From Sulfolobales archaeon (GTDB lineage Archaea; Thermoproteota; Thermoprotei_A; Sulfolobales; NBVN01), in contig JAWBQY010000001.1 of NCBI GenBank assembly GCA_038844925.1, positions 224,361 through 288,360 on the forward strand: 64,000 nucleotides of DNA. The letters run 5' to 3'. Position numbers and translations under genes: made by a program. The notes under the pieces are model-generated. The model was not told where the DNA came from, ran no database searches, and was given only the letters and a program-made list of their open reading frames with translations. This document shows, piece by piece, positions 9,594 through 18,909 of the stretch (position 1 is the stretch's first letter; each line of letters begins with the position of its first letter).

Positions 9594-10229
9594 TTGAGTA
9601 GGACGCTTATAAAGTTAGATAAGGGGATATCACCCGTAATCAGTGCGACAATCCTAATAGCTACTGTCATAATTTTAGGTATAACATTCATGACATACGC
9701 AACCTCATTAAGCAATATGCAAAGTTCTGAAGCTAGGTTAAGAAATATGATATTAGATGAAACGGCTAAGGTTGTAATGTATTTTGAGAAAGTAAGCACT
9801 ACTGATAATATTATAGAGATATACTTAGGTTTAACTAAAGTAATCCCTGAAGCAAATACGTACTACTTAATACTATTTAAAACCTACGACTACGGATCTG
9901 TTTACGATCTAAGCCCTCTAAGCGTAAGTAACGTCTCACAAATACTGCCACAACCACCTCGCAATATACTCCCTGATACCCTTCCAGCAGCGAAGACCTA
10001 CGTTGTTGAAACCACAGGTAACTACGTACCATTAAATATTTTAGGTTACCCCTCAATTAATGCCTACCCATTAATGTACAAACCACAACCGTTAAACTCA
10101 TCATTAATTAAAATTGAAATAGGTAAGAGCGACCTAACCGGCTCTAGATACGTAGTACCAATAATTTTAATCAACTTTGGCGACGAATACTATGAAGTGG
10201 CTAGACTTTACTACTTTTATAAACCATAG
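9594..10229 (+). CDS. Type IV pilin-like protein (class III signal peptide)
   Basis: K-G/ISPVISATILIA cleavage motif followed by a hydrophobic helix. Confidence 0.75.
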   Translation: MSRTLIKLDKGISPVISATILIATVIILGITFMTYATSLSNMQSSEARLRNMILDETAKVVMYFEKVSTTDNIIEIYLGLTKVIPEANTYYLILFKTYDYGSVYDLSPLSVSNVSQILPQPPRNILPDTLPAAKTYVVETTGNYVPLNILGYPSINAYPLMYKPQPLNSSLIKIEIGKSDLTGSRYVVPIILINFGDEYYEVARLYYFYKP

Positions 10230-10241
10230 TAGGCGGTCAGA

Positions 10242-11348
10242 ATGAGTCACACATTAAGAAGTGGTCAGGCAGAAGTAATTGGAGGCTTAATAGTAGCCAG
10301 CGTCCTCCTAATAGTTATAGTACCACTAACACTTAACATCATAAGTTCTACAACAACTATAGGGACTAGGAGCTTCGTACTAAGATCTCAATTCGAAGTT
10401 GAGAGATGGTCTGAAAAACTAACACTAAGTAAAGATATGACCAAACTAGAAAATTCAGGCCCAGTAAAAGTAACAATAGTTAGGATATGGAGGAATGTGA
10501 ACGGAACATCAGTACCAATTGACGTACAACCAATAGAAATACCCTCAGGTGAGTACATCCCAATAACACAGCTAGTAAGCACACCCAAAGAATTAGAAGC
10601 TATAGTAACAGCTAGGGGAAGAGTATTCAAAATATCAGAGTTAATACCACCAACACCGCCGACTGGGGCTCCACTCGGATTAAGTGGCAATGAAATCAGC
10701 GGGGGCTCTACACTATTTGACTTAAACATTTCGGTAATGAGATGCATCATAAGTGGAAAAGAATGCAATAGACCCCTCCCAGCTATCTACTATAATAATA
10801 GTTGGTGGGCCTACGTAAATGGTAGTTGGAGATCCATCGACGTAAAATCTGATAAATCTGATAAGACATATTCAGACCTAGACGGTAATAATGCATCAGA
10901 ACTAGTTGTAATACATCTTGATAATAATAATAATTATAGAGTCCTGAGCGATGATAATTACCAATACGCTATCAGGATTAGCAACTACGTTAATATAGCG
11001 AGTGATACCAAACTAATCGCAGTATATATGAAGGCCTTGTTTGAAAGTGATAAGGATGCCAGCGTAGTTGTAGGTATTAATGTCTCCTTAGCTCATAGTA
11101 GAAATTTGAGCATAATGGTTTCCTCCTACGCTGTTCTGTCTTCAGCAAAGATCACTAGAGGGGACATCAATTTAATGATTTATGAGGGCTACGTCCTCTT
11201 CCCAGTAAAGCAGTTTAACTACTTTGATACGTTGTTATCTAATAATCCAGGACTTTACGATCTTATTATAGAGATTAATGTAACTGTTCAAGAAGGGGCT
11301 GGAGACGTTTACTCGAGTATTGAGTATATAGCTGTTAGTACTGCTTAA
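10242..11348 (+). CDS. Large pilin-like protein (class III signal peptide)
   Basis: RSG/QAEVIGGLIVA motif, hydrophobic helix, ENSGPVKVTIVRIW and VTARGRVF pilin-type motifs. Confidence 0.7.
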   Translation: MSHTLRSGQAEVIGGLIVASVLLIVIVPLTLNIISSTTTIGTRSFVLRSQFEVERWSEKLTLSKDMTKLENSGPVKVTIVRIWRNVNGTSVPIDVQPIEIPSGEYIPITQLVSTPKELEAIVTARGRVFKISELIPPTPPTGAPLGLSGNEISGGSTLFDLNISVMRCIISGKECNRPLPAIYYNNSWWAYVNGSWRSIDVKSDKSDKTYSDLDGNNASELVVIHLDNNNNYRVLSDDNYQYAIRISNYVNIASDTKLIAVYMKALFESDKDASVVVGINVSLAHSRNLSIMVSSYAVLSSAKITRGDINLMIYEGYVLFPVKQFNYFDTLLSNNPGLYDLIIEINVTVQEGAGDVYSSIEYIAVSTA

Positions 11349-12609
11349 TATATGTTCCCCTAAGGTCGTAGAACGTTGCATCTGTTAGTAACACAGGTGA
11401 TTCGTTAAATTCTACATCATTAATTACTACTAACTTATAATTGAATAACCTACCAAGCACGGTGTTCTTTTTAGTGTTTTTTGATATTATTAGCGGTTTA
11501 GCTATAGATCCTATGTACTCTTTATTTATCTTCATACCTATTTCCTCAACAATTTTTGTCAGTAACGTACTTCTCTTCTTCTTAATCTGTTCGCTTACCT
11601 GTGCCATCTTACTTGACTCAGTCCTAGGTCTTGGGGTGTATTGTGCGATGTGTACTTTATCTGGTTGGACTGTGTTGATTACGTTTAGAGTGTTTTCAAA
11701 TTCCTCATCTCCCTCTCCAGGATGTCCTACTATGATGTCTGTAGCTATGTTTATGCCGGGTATTTTCCTCCTCAGCTCTCTTACTATGTTAATGAAGTCT
11801 TCAGATGTATACCACCTCTTCATTATTTTAAGTACTTTGTCATCACCGCTTTGAAGCGGTATGTGTAGGTATTTAAAGACTTTAGGTTCTTTTAGAACTT
11901 CTATTAATTCATCAAGTATTGGTCTTAGGGTGTTGGGATTTGCCATGCCAATTCTTATCATGTAGTTTCCTTCAACCCTATCTACTACCTCCCTAACGAG
12001 TTTAGGTAGGTTCATACCCCCTAAATCTAATCCATACGCCGCTGTATCCTGAGCTGTTAGCTCTACTTCTACAGCTCCTTTAGATACTGCCTCCCTTACG
12101 GAGTTAATTATTAATTCAGGTTTATAGCTCGTTAGCCTTCTTCGGGCTAGTTTTACTATGCAGTATGAGCAATCACCAACGCAGCCTTCAGCGATTGGTA
12201 TTGATGCTACCCTCCCATCAATACTGCATAGGAGTTGTGAGGTATCTCTAATACCGACTATTAAGTTCTCAACATTCGGTGATTCAATAACCTCAACCAC
12301 CTTAGTTATATTTTGAGGTGAGATAAGTGATGCTGTTGGAGTAATTTGCTTTAAAGTGTATGGTTGCGTACTTACCATGCAGCCAGTAATCACTAACTTC
12401 CTCCCATTAAGTATTTTAACCAACTGCCTCAACCTCTTTAAGATCCTCTCCTCACTATCCATACGGACTGTACACGTATTGATTACCACTACATCCGCGT
12501 CGTTAAGATTTTCCAAGACCTCATGACCGCGGTTTAGTAGGAGGGCCTTCATTAATGATGAGTCAGCCTTATTTAAAGCACATCCGTAAGTCTCTATGTA
12601 AACCTTCAT
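11335..12609 (-). CDS. tRNA t6A37 methylthiotransferase (MiaB/MtaB-like radical SAM)
   Basis: ETYGCALN, INTCTV, CVGDCSYC, HIPLQSG, TDIIVGHPGE. Confidence 0.92.
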   Translation of the reverse strand: MKVYIETYGCALNKADSSLMKALLLNRGHEVLENLNDADVVVINTCTVRMDSEERILKRLRQLVKILNGRKLVITGCMVSTQPYTLKQITPTASLISPQNITKVVEVIESPNVENLIVGIRDTSQLLCSIDGRVASIPIAEGCVGDCSYCIVKLARRRLTSYKPELIINSVREAVSKGAVEVELTAQDTAAYGLDLGGMNLPKLVREVVDRVEGNYMIRIGMANPNTLRPILDELIEVLKEPKVFKYLHIPLQSGDDKVLKIMKRWYTSEDFINIVRELRRKIPGINIATDIIVGHPGEGDEEFENTLNVINTVQPDKVHIAQYTPRPRTESSKMAQVSEQIKKKRSTLLTKIVEEIGMKINKEYIGSIAKPLIISKNTKKNTVLGRLFNYKLVVINDVEFNESPVLLTDATFYDLRGTYIKQY

Positions 12610-12671
12610 CCCACTCTTAATAAATTACCGTATCTATGAATTTAAAAGTTTAAAAGACGTATTATCCTTAG

Positions 12672-13100
12672 GTGGTGGCTATCTCCTACGACGTATTAAG
12701 GTATGAAAACCTGCTTGAAAGACTGTACAGTAGGCTACCCTCTAAGACATCAAGTCAGCCTATAGAACTACCTCAGCTAGAAGTAGTACATGTAGGATTA
12801 CATACACATATTAAGAACTTCAAGGAAGTATGTGATAGGATTAGAAGGGAGCCGAGAATTGTTATGAGGTACTTACTTAAGGAGTTAGCTGCTAGAGGTT
12901 CGCTTGACGACTCAAACAACTTAATAATATTTGGCAGGATCTCATCGCAGACCCTTAACACTCTATTTAATAGGTTCTTAATGACCTACGTTAAATGCAG
13001 TACATGTAATGCCTTCGATACAGTCCTTAAGAAGCAGGGTAAGGTCTGGATCATTTCCTGCCTTGCCTGCGGTGCTGAAACACCAGTCAAACCAGTATAG
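12672..13100 (+). CDS. Translation initiation factor aIF2 beta
   Basis: YENLLERLY, KNFKEVC, CSTC...CLACGA zinc ribbon. Confidence 0.93.
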   Translation: MVAISYDVLRYENLLERLYSRLPSKTSSQPIELPQLEVVHVGLHTHIKNFKEVCDRIRREPRIVMRYLLKELAARGSLDDSNNLIIFGRISSQTLNTLFNRFLMTYVKCSTCNAFDTVLKKQGKVWIISCLACGAETPVKPV

Positions 13101-13108
13101 GTGCGGCT

Positions 13109-13408
13109 ATGTACGCATATGTTAAGAAGTATTATGAGGGTGGGGACGTAGTAGTATTAGCAGTATGTGATGAGGAAGTATTAGGTAAGGTGTTAAGGGA
13201 GGGTGAGGTAGTATTAGATATTAGTAAGGAGTTCTTCAACGGCTTTAAAACCCACGTAGATGACATTCCATACCTACTTGAGGGGGCTGTCTCAGCAGTA
13301 TTAGTAGGTGATAACGTTGTTAGGAAGGCTATTGAAGCCGGCTACATCCACCCAGAAGCCGTTTTAACAGTCTGTAACGTACCTTACGCATACTTCGTCA
13401 AGATTTAA
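13109..13408 (+). CDS. DUF424 family protein
   Basis: LAVCDEEVLGK, FFNG, GYIHPEAV; usual neighbour of aIF2beta and NMD3. Confidence 0.8.
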   Translation: MYAYVKKYYEGGDVVVLAVCDEEVLGKVLREGEVVLDISKEFFNGFKTHVDDIPYLLEGAVSAVLVGDNVVRKAIEAGYIHPEAVLTVCNVPYAYFVKI

Positions 13409-13419
13409 GGTGTTTTTAA

Positions 13420-14442
13420 TTGGGTAGGTTCTGTAGTAGATGCGGTGTTGAGGAACCAGCAGTAATTGTTGACGGTTTATGCGTTAAGTGCTTAGTTGAG
13501 GAGGGTAGGGCTGTAAGACCTCCAAGAAAGGTAGAAGTAGTCATATGCCCTTCATGCAGTTCCATCAAATTCGAAGGTAGATGGTTAGACGGTGTAGGTT
13601 TGGAGGAATTCTTAAAAGAATTAATATGGAGGGAGAGTAAGTTCCATAGGGAATTCAAACCTAAGTCATTAAGTATCAGTATTGATGGTAATAAAATTAT
13701 AGCACGGTTTGAAGGTGCCATAAAAACTTCTGAGGTGGTTAAGGAGTTCTTAATAGACCTCACTATGAGTAAGTCCTTATGCCCTCAGTGCTCTAAGGTT
13801 AAGAGCGGTTACTACGAGGCAATCATCCAAGTTAGGACTTACTCAGGAACCCTAAACGAATCTCTGAGGAGTAGGTTAGTCAACACCTTATTAAAATATG
13901 CTAATACCTCGAAAAACATTTCTGAGATTGAATTCGTTAAGAAGGGCCTAGATGTTAAGGTCTTAAGTATAAGTGCTGCTAGGAAATTAGCTAATGATTT
14001 GATATCTATGTATGGTGGGACTTTAGCAGAGTCCTGGAAGGTTGTAGGGATGTCTGCTGATGGTAGGAAGACCTCCAGGCTTACCATATCACTCAGATTG
14101 CTAGGCCTAACATACGGAGACCTAATAACGTTTAAGGGGATCCCCGCATTAGTTGAGGAAGTTTCCCATAATTCAGTTAGGGTTAGAGCCTTAGATTCAG
14201 GTAATTTAATAAGACTTCACATACATGATTTAAGTAGTGGGGATGTAGTAGTTCTAGGTCGGGATGAGTACGAATTAGTAGAAAGTTACGTAGTAGACGT
14301 CTCCAATGAGAAGGCCGTAGTGAAGGATGTACGTAGAGGTAGGACCTTCGAACTACCCGCCCATGAAGGACTGCTTCCAGGACTTAGAGTTAGGTTATTA
14401 ATTTATAAAGATAGAATTTACTTAGCACATGTTGAGAAGTGA
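13420..14442 (+). CDS. NMD3-family ribosome biogenesis protein
   Basis: CSRCG, CVKC, CPSC, CPQC and GYYEAIIQVR. Confidence 0.9.
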   Translation: MGRFCSRCGVEEPAVIVDGLCVKCLVEEGRAVRPPRKVEVVICPSCSSIKFEGRWLDGVGLEEFLKELIWRESKFHREFKPKSLSISIDGNKIIARFEGAIKTSEVVKEFLIDLTMSKSLCPQCSKVKSGYYEAIIQVRTYSGTLNESLRSRLVNTLLKYANTSKNISEIEFVKKGLDVKVLSISAARKLANDLISMYGGTLAESWKVVGMSADGRKTSRLTISLRLLGLTYGDLITFKGIPALVEEVSHNSVRVRALDSGNLIRLHIHDLSSGDVVVLGRDEYELVESYVVDVSNEKAVVKDVRRGRTFELPAHEGLLPGLRVRLLIYKDRIYLAHVEK

Positions 14443-14448
14443 TGCTAC

Positions 14449-14769
14449 ATGTCTAAGAAGGGTAAGGCAGGTACTAGTAAGGAGTTACTAACACCTGCCG
14501 AAGGTGAGGTCATATGCGTAGTAACTGACGTCATCGGAGCTAACTACGTTAAGACTGTCTGCATGGATGGGGTGAGTAGGGTGTGTAGAATTCCTGGTAA
14601 GTTGAGGAAGAAGGTCTGGATAAACGTTAAGGATGTCGTCTTAGTAGCAGTATGGGAATTCCAAAACGATAAAGGAGATATCGTACACCGTTACGAGAGG
14701 GATGAACGTAAGAAGCTCATAGAACTCGGCCTACTTAGCAAGGATTTAATCGAAGGTGGTTCTGCATAA
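14449..14769 (+). CDS. Translation initiation factor aIF1A
   Basis: CMDGVSRVCRIPGKLRKKVWI, WEFQNDKGDIVHRY. Confidence 0.95.
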   Translation: MSKKGKAGTSKELLTPAEGEVICVVTDVIGANYVKTVCMDGVSRVCRIPGKLRKKVWINVKDVVLVAVWEFQNDKGDIVHRYERDERKKLIELGLLSKDLIEGGSA

Positions 14770-15578
14770 GCCGTAAGGGCGATATAGATAAATTCCTAGA
14801 CATGTATTATAAGGCTACCGGTAAGGTCAGAAAGGAATTAGATAAGGACTTATTTGAAACTGTTGAAGAGGTCTTCGATTCAGCAACACTTCTAGCTATA
14901 ATTGAGTTAAGTAGGCGGAAGGTACTCTACGAGTTGAAAGGTGTGGTAAGTTCCGGTAAGGAATCCAGGATTTACTGGGGTAAGTCCTTCAGTAATGAGG
15001 ACCTAGCCGTTAAGATCTACCTAACATCGTCTGCTGAGTTTAGGAAGGGAATGCTTAAATATTTAGCTGGAGATCCGAGGTTTAAGAAGATCCCTAAGTC
15101 GACGAGGAAGCTAGTAAGTACGTGGGCTCGTAAGGAGTTTAAAAACTTAAAACTCATGTATGATGTAGGTGCTAGGGTCCCGAAACCAATAGCACAGTAT
15201 GAGAACGTATTGATAATGGAGTTCATAGGTGAGGAAGGCGTTAGAGCACCACTACTTAAGGAGGTTGAATTAGAACTACATGATTACGAGGTCATATTCT
15301 ATAAGATATTAGAGGATGTTAGGAAGATCTACAGGTATGCTGGGCTAGTACATGGGGACTTAAGCGAGTATAACGTAATGGTTTATAAGGGAGTTCCCTA
15401 CATAATCGACGTAAGTCAGTCTGTGAAGATAACCCATCCAAACGCGTACAACTTACTTGTACGTGATTTAAGTAATTTATTAAACTTCTTCAGAGGTCTT
15501 GGATTAAATACTCCAGACCTCGACGAACTAATAGATTACGTCTCAAGCGGTGGGAACGTAGATCTCGACGAGTTCTGA
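14766..15578 (+). CDS. rio1: RIO1 serine kinase; probable ATA start overlapping the aIF1A stop (ORF track starts at ATG 14802)
   Basis: SSGKES, AVKIY, WARKEFKNL, LVHGDLSEYN, IIDVSQ. Confidence 0.92.
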   Translation: MSRKGDIDKFLDMYYKATGKVRKELDKDLFETVEEVFDSATLLAIIELSRRKVLYELKGVVSSGKESRIYWGKSFSNEDLAVKIYLTSSAEFRKGMLKYLAGDPRFKKIPKSTRKLVSTWARKEFKNLKLMYDVGARVPKPIAQYENVLIMEFIGEEGVRAPLLKEVELELHDYEVIFYKILEDVRKIYRYAGLVHGDLSEYNVMVYKGVPYIIDVSQSVKITHPNAYNLLVRDLSNLLNFFRGLGLNTPDLDELIDYVSSGGNVDLDEF

Positions 15579-15639
15579 GATACTATGTACTAGAAGTTTA
15601 AATTTTACTTAGTAGTAAGTTATAATTGCGGTGTAATCA

Positions 15640-16242
15640 GTGGGTTTCGATGCTAAGAAGCCGCAGGTAATTCCAGGAGTTCTAAAACTCTACGTCAGAA
15701 TACCACTAGAGAGGATTAAAGTACTTACAAGTAATAATAGGCAGGTAATTAAGGAATTAGAGGATAGAACTCTCACTAAGATAAGCATAGATGAAGTTAA
15801 TAGTTACGCCATAGTTGAACCATCAACGCCTAATACCCCTGTTATAAACGTCATTAAGGCTAAGGAATTCATAAACGCAGTAGCAGTGGGCTTCCCACCG
15901 GAGAAGGCTTGGAGGTTGTTAAACGACGATCAGGTATTATTAATCATAGATTTAAAAGTAGCTGTAGGTGACGCTCAAAACCACCTAACGAGAATTAAGG
16001 GTAGGGTAATAGGTGAGGGGGGTAGGGTTAGAAAAAACATTGAGGAGATAACAGGTACTTACATCTCAGTCTACGATGATTACGTAGCAATCATAGGGGA
16101 CTACGAAAGTGCGAATCTTGCTAGAGAGGCTGTGGAAATGCTCATACAGGGAAGGCAACATACAACAGTATATAAGTACTTAGATAGAGTTGCACACGAG
16201 GTTAAGAAGAAGAGAATTACTACAATATGGAGTAAAGACTAA
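15640..16242 (+). CDS. KH-domain pre-rRNA processing protein (Dim2/Pno1)
   Basis: GFPPEKA, RIKGRVIGEGG, GRQHTTVYKYL; follows rio1. Confidence 0.9.
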   Translation: MGFDAKKPQVIPGVLKLYVRIPLERIKVLTSNNRQVIKELEDRTLTKISIDEVNSYAIVEPSTPNTPVINVIKAKEFINAVAVGFPPEKAWRLLNDDQVLLIIDLKVAVGDAQNHLTRIKGRVIGEGGRVRKNIEEITGTYISVYDDYVAIIGDYESANLAREAVEMLIQGRQHTTVYKYLDRVAHEVKKKRITTIWSKD

Positions 16243-16294
16243 TGAGCTAGATATTTAAGTATTGAAACATAGAACTTACCGTTAGTTCTACATA

Positions 16295-16348
16295 TCATAT
16301 GATGAGTTTTAAAGACTGATGAGTGATGTGGGGCCAAAGCTCTGATTA
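16295..16348 (+). ncRNA. Box C/D guide sRNA, predicted to methylate U34 of tRNA-Gln(UUG)
   Basis: C ATGATGA (16299), D' CTGA (16316), C' GTGATGT (16323), D CTGA (16342); D guide GGGGCCAAAGC complements GCUUUGGCCCC. Confidence 0.85.
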
Positions 16349-16432
16349 GCTAAAATCTAATTCGTAGTTGAGGATTCATGACCCTTTATATATGTTCTAA
16401 AGTCAAAACCCCTCAGCAGTTGTGATAACTAA

Positions 16433-16576
16433 TGGTGGGCCCGGGGGGATTTGAACCCCCGACCTACGGGTCTCTTCTCCAGTCCTATATCATCCCTCAC
16501 GGTCGTCAGACCCGTAGCTAGTGAACTGGAGCCTCGACTAAAGATCCGCCGCTCTGCCTGGCTGAGCTACGGGCCC
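16433..16576 (-). tRNA. tRNA-Trp(CCA) with two introns (13 nt at 30/31, 16533-16545; 54 nt at 37/38, 16472-16525); encoded CCA
   Basis: GGGCCCG acceptor stem; spliced arm GCGGG-CT-CCA-GA-CCCGT; intron 1 forms a BHB (CGGC/GUCG helix, GAG/CUC flank). Confidence 0.9.
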
Positions 16577-16644
16577 ACCACATTCCATCAACCAATAATT
16601 TAATTTAGAGTTTATATACGTTTAACATTGCTAGTAAAGTAGGT

Positions 16645-16833
16645 ATGAGTAGTTTGAGTAAGTATGTATTAAGGTGTGAGGAGTGTGGCACTCTATGGAG
16701 GCCTAAGGTTAGCTATAGCCTTAGTGATTTCCAGAAACTATATCATTACTGTAATGTCTGTAAGAAGAATACCTTTCATGAAATATTAAGTGAGGATTCA
16801 GCGGAGGTTCATACAATCACCGATCATAGCTAG
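16645..16833 (+). CDS. Small zinc-ribbon protein
   Basis: CEECG...YHYCNVCKKNTFH; TATA-like TTTATATA upstream. Confidence 0.65.
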   Translation: MSSLSKYVLRCEECGTLWRPKVSYSLSDFQKLYHYCNVCKKNTFHEILSEDSAEVHTITDHS

Positions 16834-16851
16834 TAGTCCTTCATCACCTGA
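16795..16851 (-). ncRNA. Box C/D guide sRNA; D guide predicted against tRNA T-stem G52
   Basis: C GTGATGA (16847-16841), D' ATGA, C' GTGATTG, guide TATGAACCTCCG, D CTGA (16801-16798). Confidence 0.7.
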
Positions 16852-16938
16852 TCTAAGCTCTTAAAGCTCACATATTAACTTTATAAGATTAGCCTACCGG
16901 GGGTTTGTTAATGATTTAAGCGGTACGTGCTAGCCGAT

Positions 16939-18789
16939 TTAGGATAGTTCTTTCAGGTAGTGTAGTGCCGGTCTTAGGGTTAGGTAGGGAGGTAGTGTTG
17001 AATCTACCTTCGGATAGCCTTCTAAGTCCTTATTAATTACTTCTACTAACTCATTTAAACTCATTGTTTTCTGTATGTTGGAAGCCCTTATCCTAACGTT
17101 AAGTGTCCTGGTCTTAAATTCCCTCCCGCCAATGACTACCACATAGGGTATCCACTCTATACCAGCTTCTCTGATCTTCTTAGCAAGCGTTAAGTCCCTA
17201 TCATCTACATCAACTCTAATACCGTTCTTCAGTAACGTGTCTAATACCTCATTCGCGAAGTCCATAAACTCGCTTGAGAGGGGTATTATCCTAACCTGAA
17301 TTGGTGCAAGCCATGTAGGTATGTTAGGAATCTTACCGCTCTCTTCGTCCTGAACCGCCTTATCTAATACGGTGTATATATATCTTTCAATAGAGCCTAT
17401 TATAGCTGTGTGTATTATGACTGGGTATCTCTCAGCGCCTGACTCATCTACGTATCTAATGTTAAACCTAGCGGAATTCCCTACATCTATTTGAAATGTT
17501 GCAACTTCCCTAGGTCTTTTAAGCTCGTCAATTACGTTGTACTCTACATTAATGACCCAGTAGTACACCCCAGGCGGGTAGAGGGTTACAAGTGCTGGCC
17601 TACCCATCCTCCTAATAAGCTCTATTACGTAGTCCTTATTAGACTTGAAGAAGTCTTCAGTAACGTTGTAGATTGCTACATACTCCCTCCCCAACTTCCT
17701 TATTTCATCAACGATCTTATCCTGAACCTTAAATGAAAACTTCTTACCTTCGTCTAAGTCTCTTAACAGTATATGTAGGTCTGGCATGTAAAACTTCCTC
17801 AACCTAAAGCATAGGACTAACTCACCCTTCTGCTCAAACCTATAGCTATCAGCTACCTCGAAAACCCCTAAGGGCAGTTCCTTGTAGCTAATTACCCAGT
17901 CTCTAATCATAGCAAATTGCTGGTGGCATGCAGCATACCTCATAACAAGTTTACTGCCCTCTGACTCAACCTCATAGAGCCTATCGCCAAACAAGTCAGC
18001 ATGTTCTTTAATTGGTTTAAACTTAAGGTTAAACATGTTAGTACCCATAACCCTAAGTACTGGAATACCTAATGACTTAGCGACCATCCAGGAATACTGT
18101 CTAACGGCCTCAACCATAACTGTTGCGTGAGGCTCGTACCTCATATGGCCACTATCAGACATAGGCTCCCATTCAAAACCGAATTTCCTGCAAACTTCAA
18201 GAAGTCTTGACTTACCCCCAGGTAATTCCTTCTTGAAGACCTCCTTCTCAACCAGTATTTTAAGGTCCTCTTCCCCGGGCTTGTAGGTATATTCCTCAGG
18301 GCTGTAGATACCGCCGTCAGGTGTGATTATTAGGTACTTCCTAGTGATGGTTACCTGCCTAACCCCCTCCTCAACCTTATACTCCCTGGACAGCTCAGAT
18401 AGTGGATGGCCGTAACATCTTATATCGAAGGCTTTATACCAACCGAAAGGCGCCCTATACGTCTTAATACCCTGCGCTGTAAATACCTCCTCTAAATGTT
18501 TTAATACGTTCATAGCTTCGTCAGGGCCTGCTAACCTCGACGATAGATGTGCGTATGGATATAACACTATAGCTGATGCCTTAACTTTAGAGTAAATATC
18601 TGAGATATCACTAACTACTTTAGCTGATAGGTTATTAACTACTCTTCCATCACCCTCTTCAACAGTTGTAAATACTACGAGTACGTTATTAAACTCCCCA
18701 CCCTTAGTAGGGGTTATCTCAGCACTATCTATGGCCTTCTCCCGTACTTCGTACTTAAAATACTCGGCATGAATTATAAGTACACGCAA
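16939..18789 (-). CDS. thrS: Threonyl-tRNA synthetase with archaeal N-terminal editing domain
   Basis: YPYAHLS and APFGWYKAF editing domain; RYAACHQQF, RLRKFYMPDLH, IHTAIIGSIER. Confidence 0.96.
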   Translation of the reverse strand: MRVLIIHAEYFKYEVREKAIDSAEITPTKGGEFNNVLVVFTTVEEGDGRVVNNLSAKVVSDISDIYSKVKASAIVLYPYAHLSSRLAGPDEAMNVLKHLEEVFTAQGIKTYRAPFGWYKAFDIRCYGHPLSELSREYKVEEGVRQVTITRKYLIITPDGGIYSPEEYTYKPGEEDLKILVEKEVFKKELPGGKSRLLEVCRKFGFEWEPMSDSGHMRYEPHATVMVEAVRQYSWMVAKSLGIPVLRVMGTNMFNLKFKPIKEHADLFGDRLYEVESEGSKLVMRYAACHQQFAMIRDWVISYKELPLGVFEVADSYRFEQKGELVLCFRLRKFYMPDLHILLRDLDEGKKFSFKVQDKIVDEIRKLGREYVAIYNVTEDFFKSNKDYVIELIRRMGRPALVTLYPPGVYYWVINVEYNVIDELKRPREVATFQIDVGNSARFNIRYVDESGAERYPVIIHTAIIGSIERYIYTVLDKAVQDEESGKIPNIPTWLAPIQVRIIPLSSEFMDFANEVLDTLLKNGIRVDVDDRDLTLAKKIREAGIEWIPYVVVIGGREFKTRTLNVRIRASNIQKTMSLNELVEVINKDLEGYPKVDSTLPPYLTLRPALHYLKELS

Positions 18790-18909
18790 TACCCATCACT
18801 AATATTGGAATTAACGTGAGAGGTTAATAAACTGAGGTGACTTAATACCGTATTAATCTTTAAAATAATAACACGGCATAATAGTCTGGAGGACTACCGG
18901 TGACTGTTA

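Noticed and set aside
16472-16545. Alternative splicing to a TTA-anticodon (ochre suppressor) tRNA using a CUUU/GAAG helix
   Set aside because: The product would have a malformed anticodon stem; the two-intron Trp model gives a canonical tRNA
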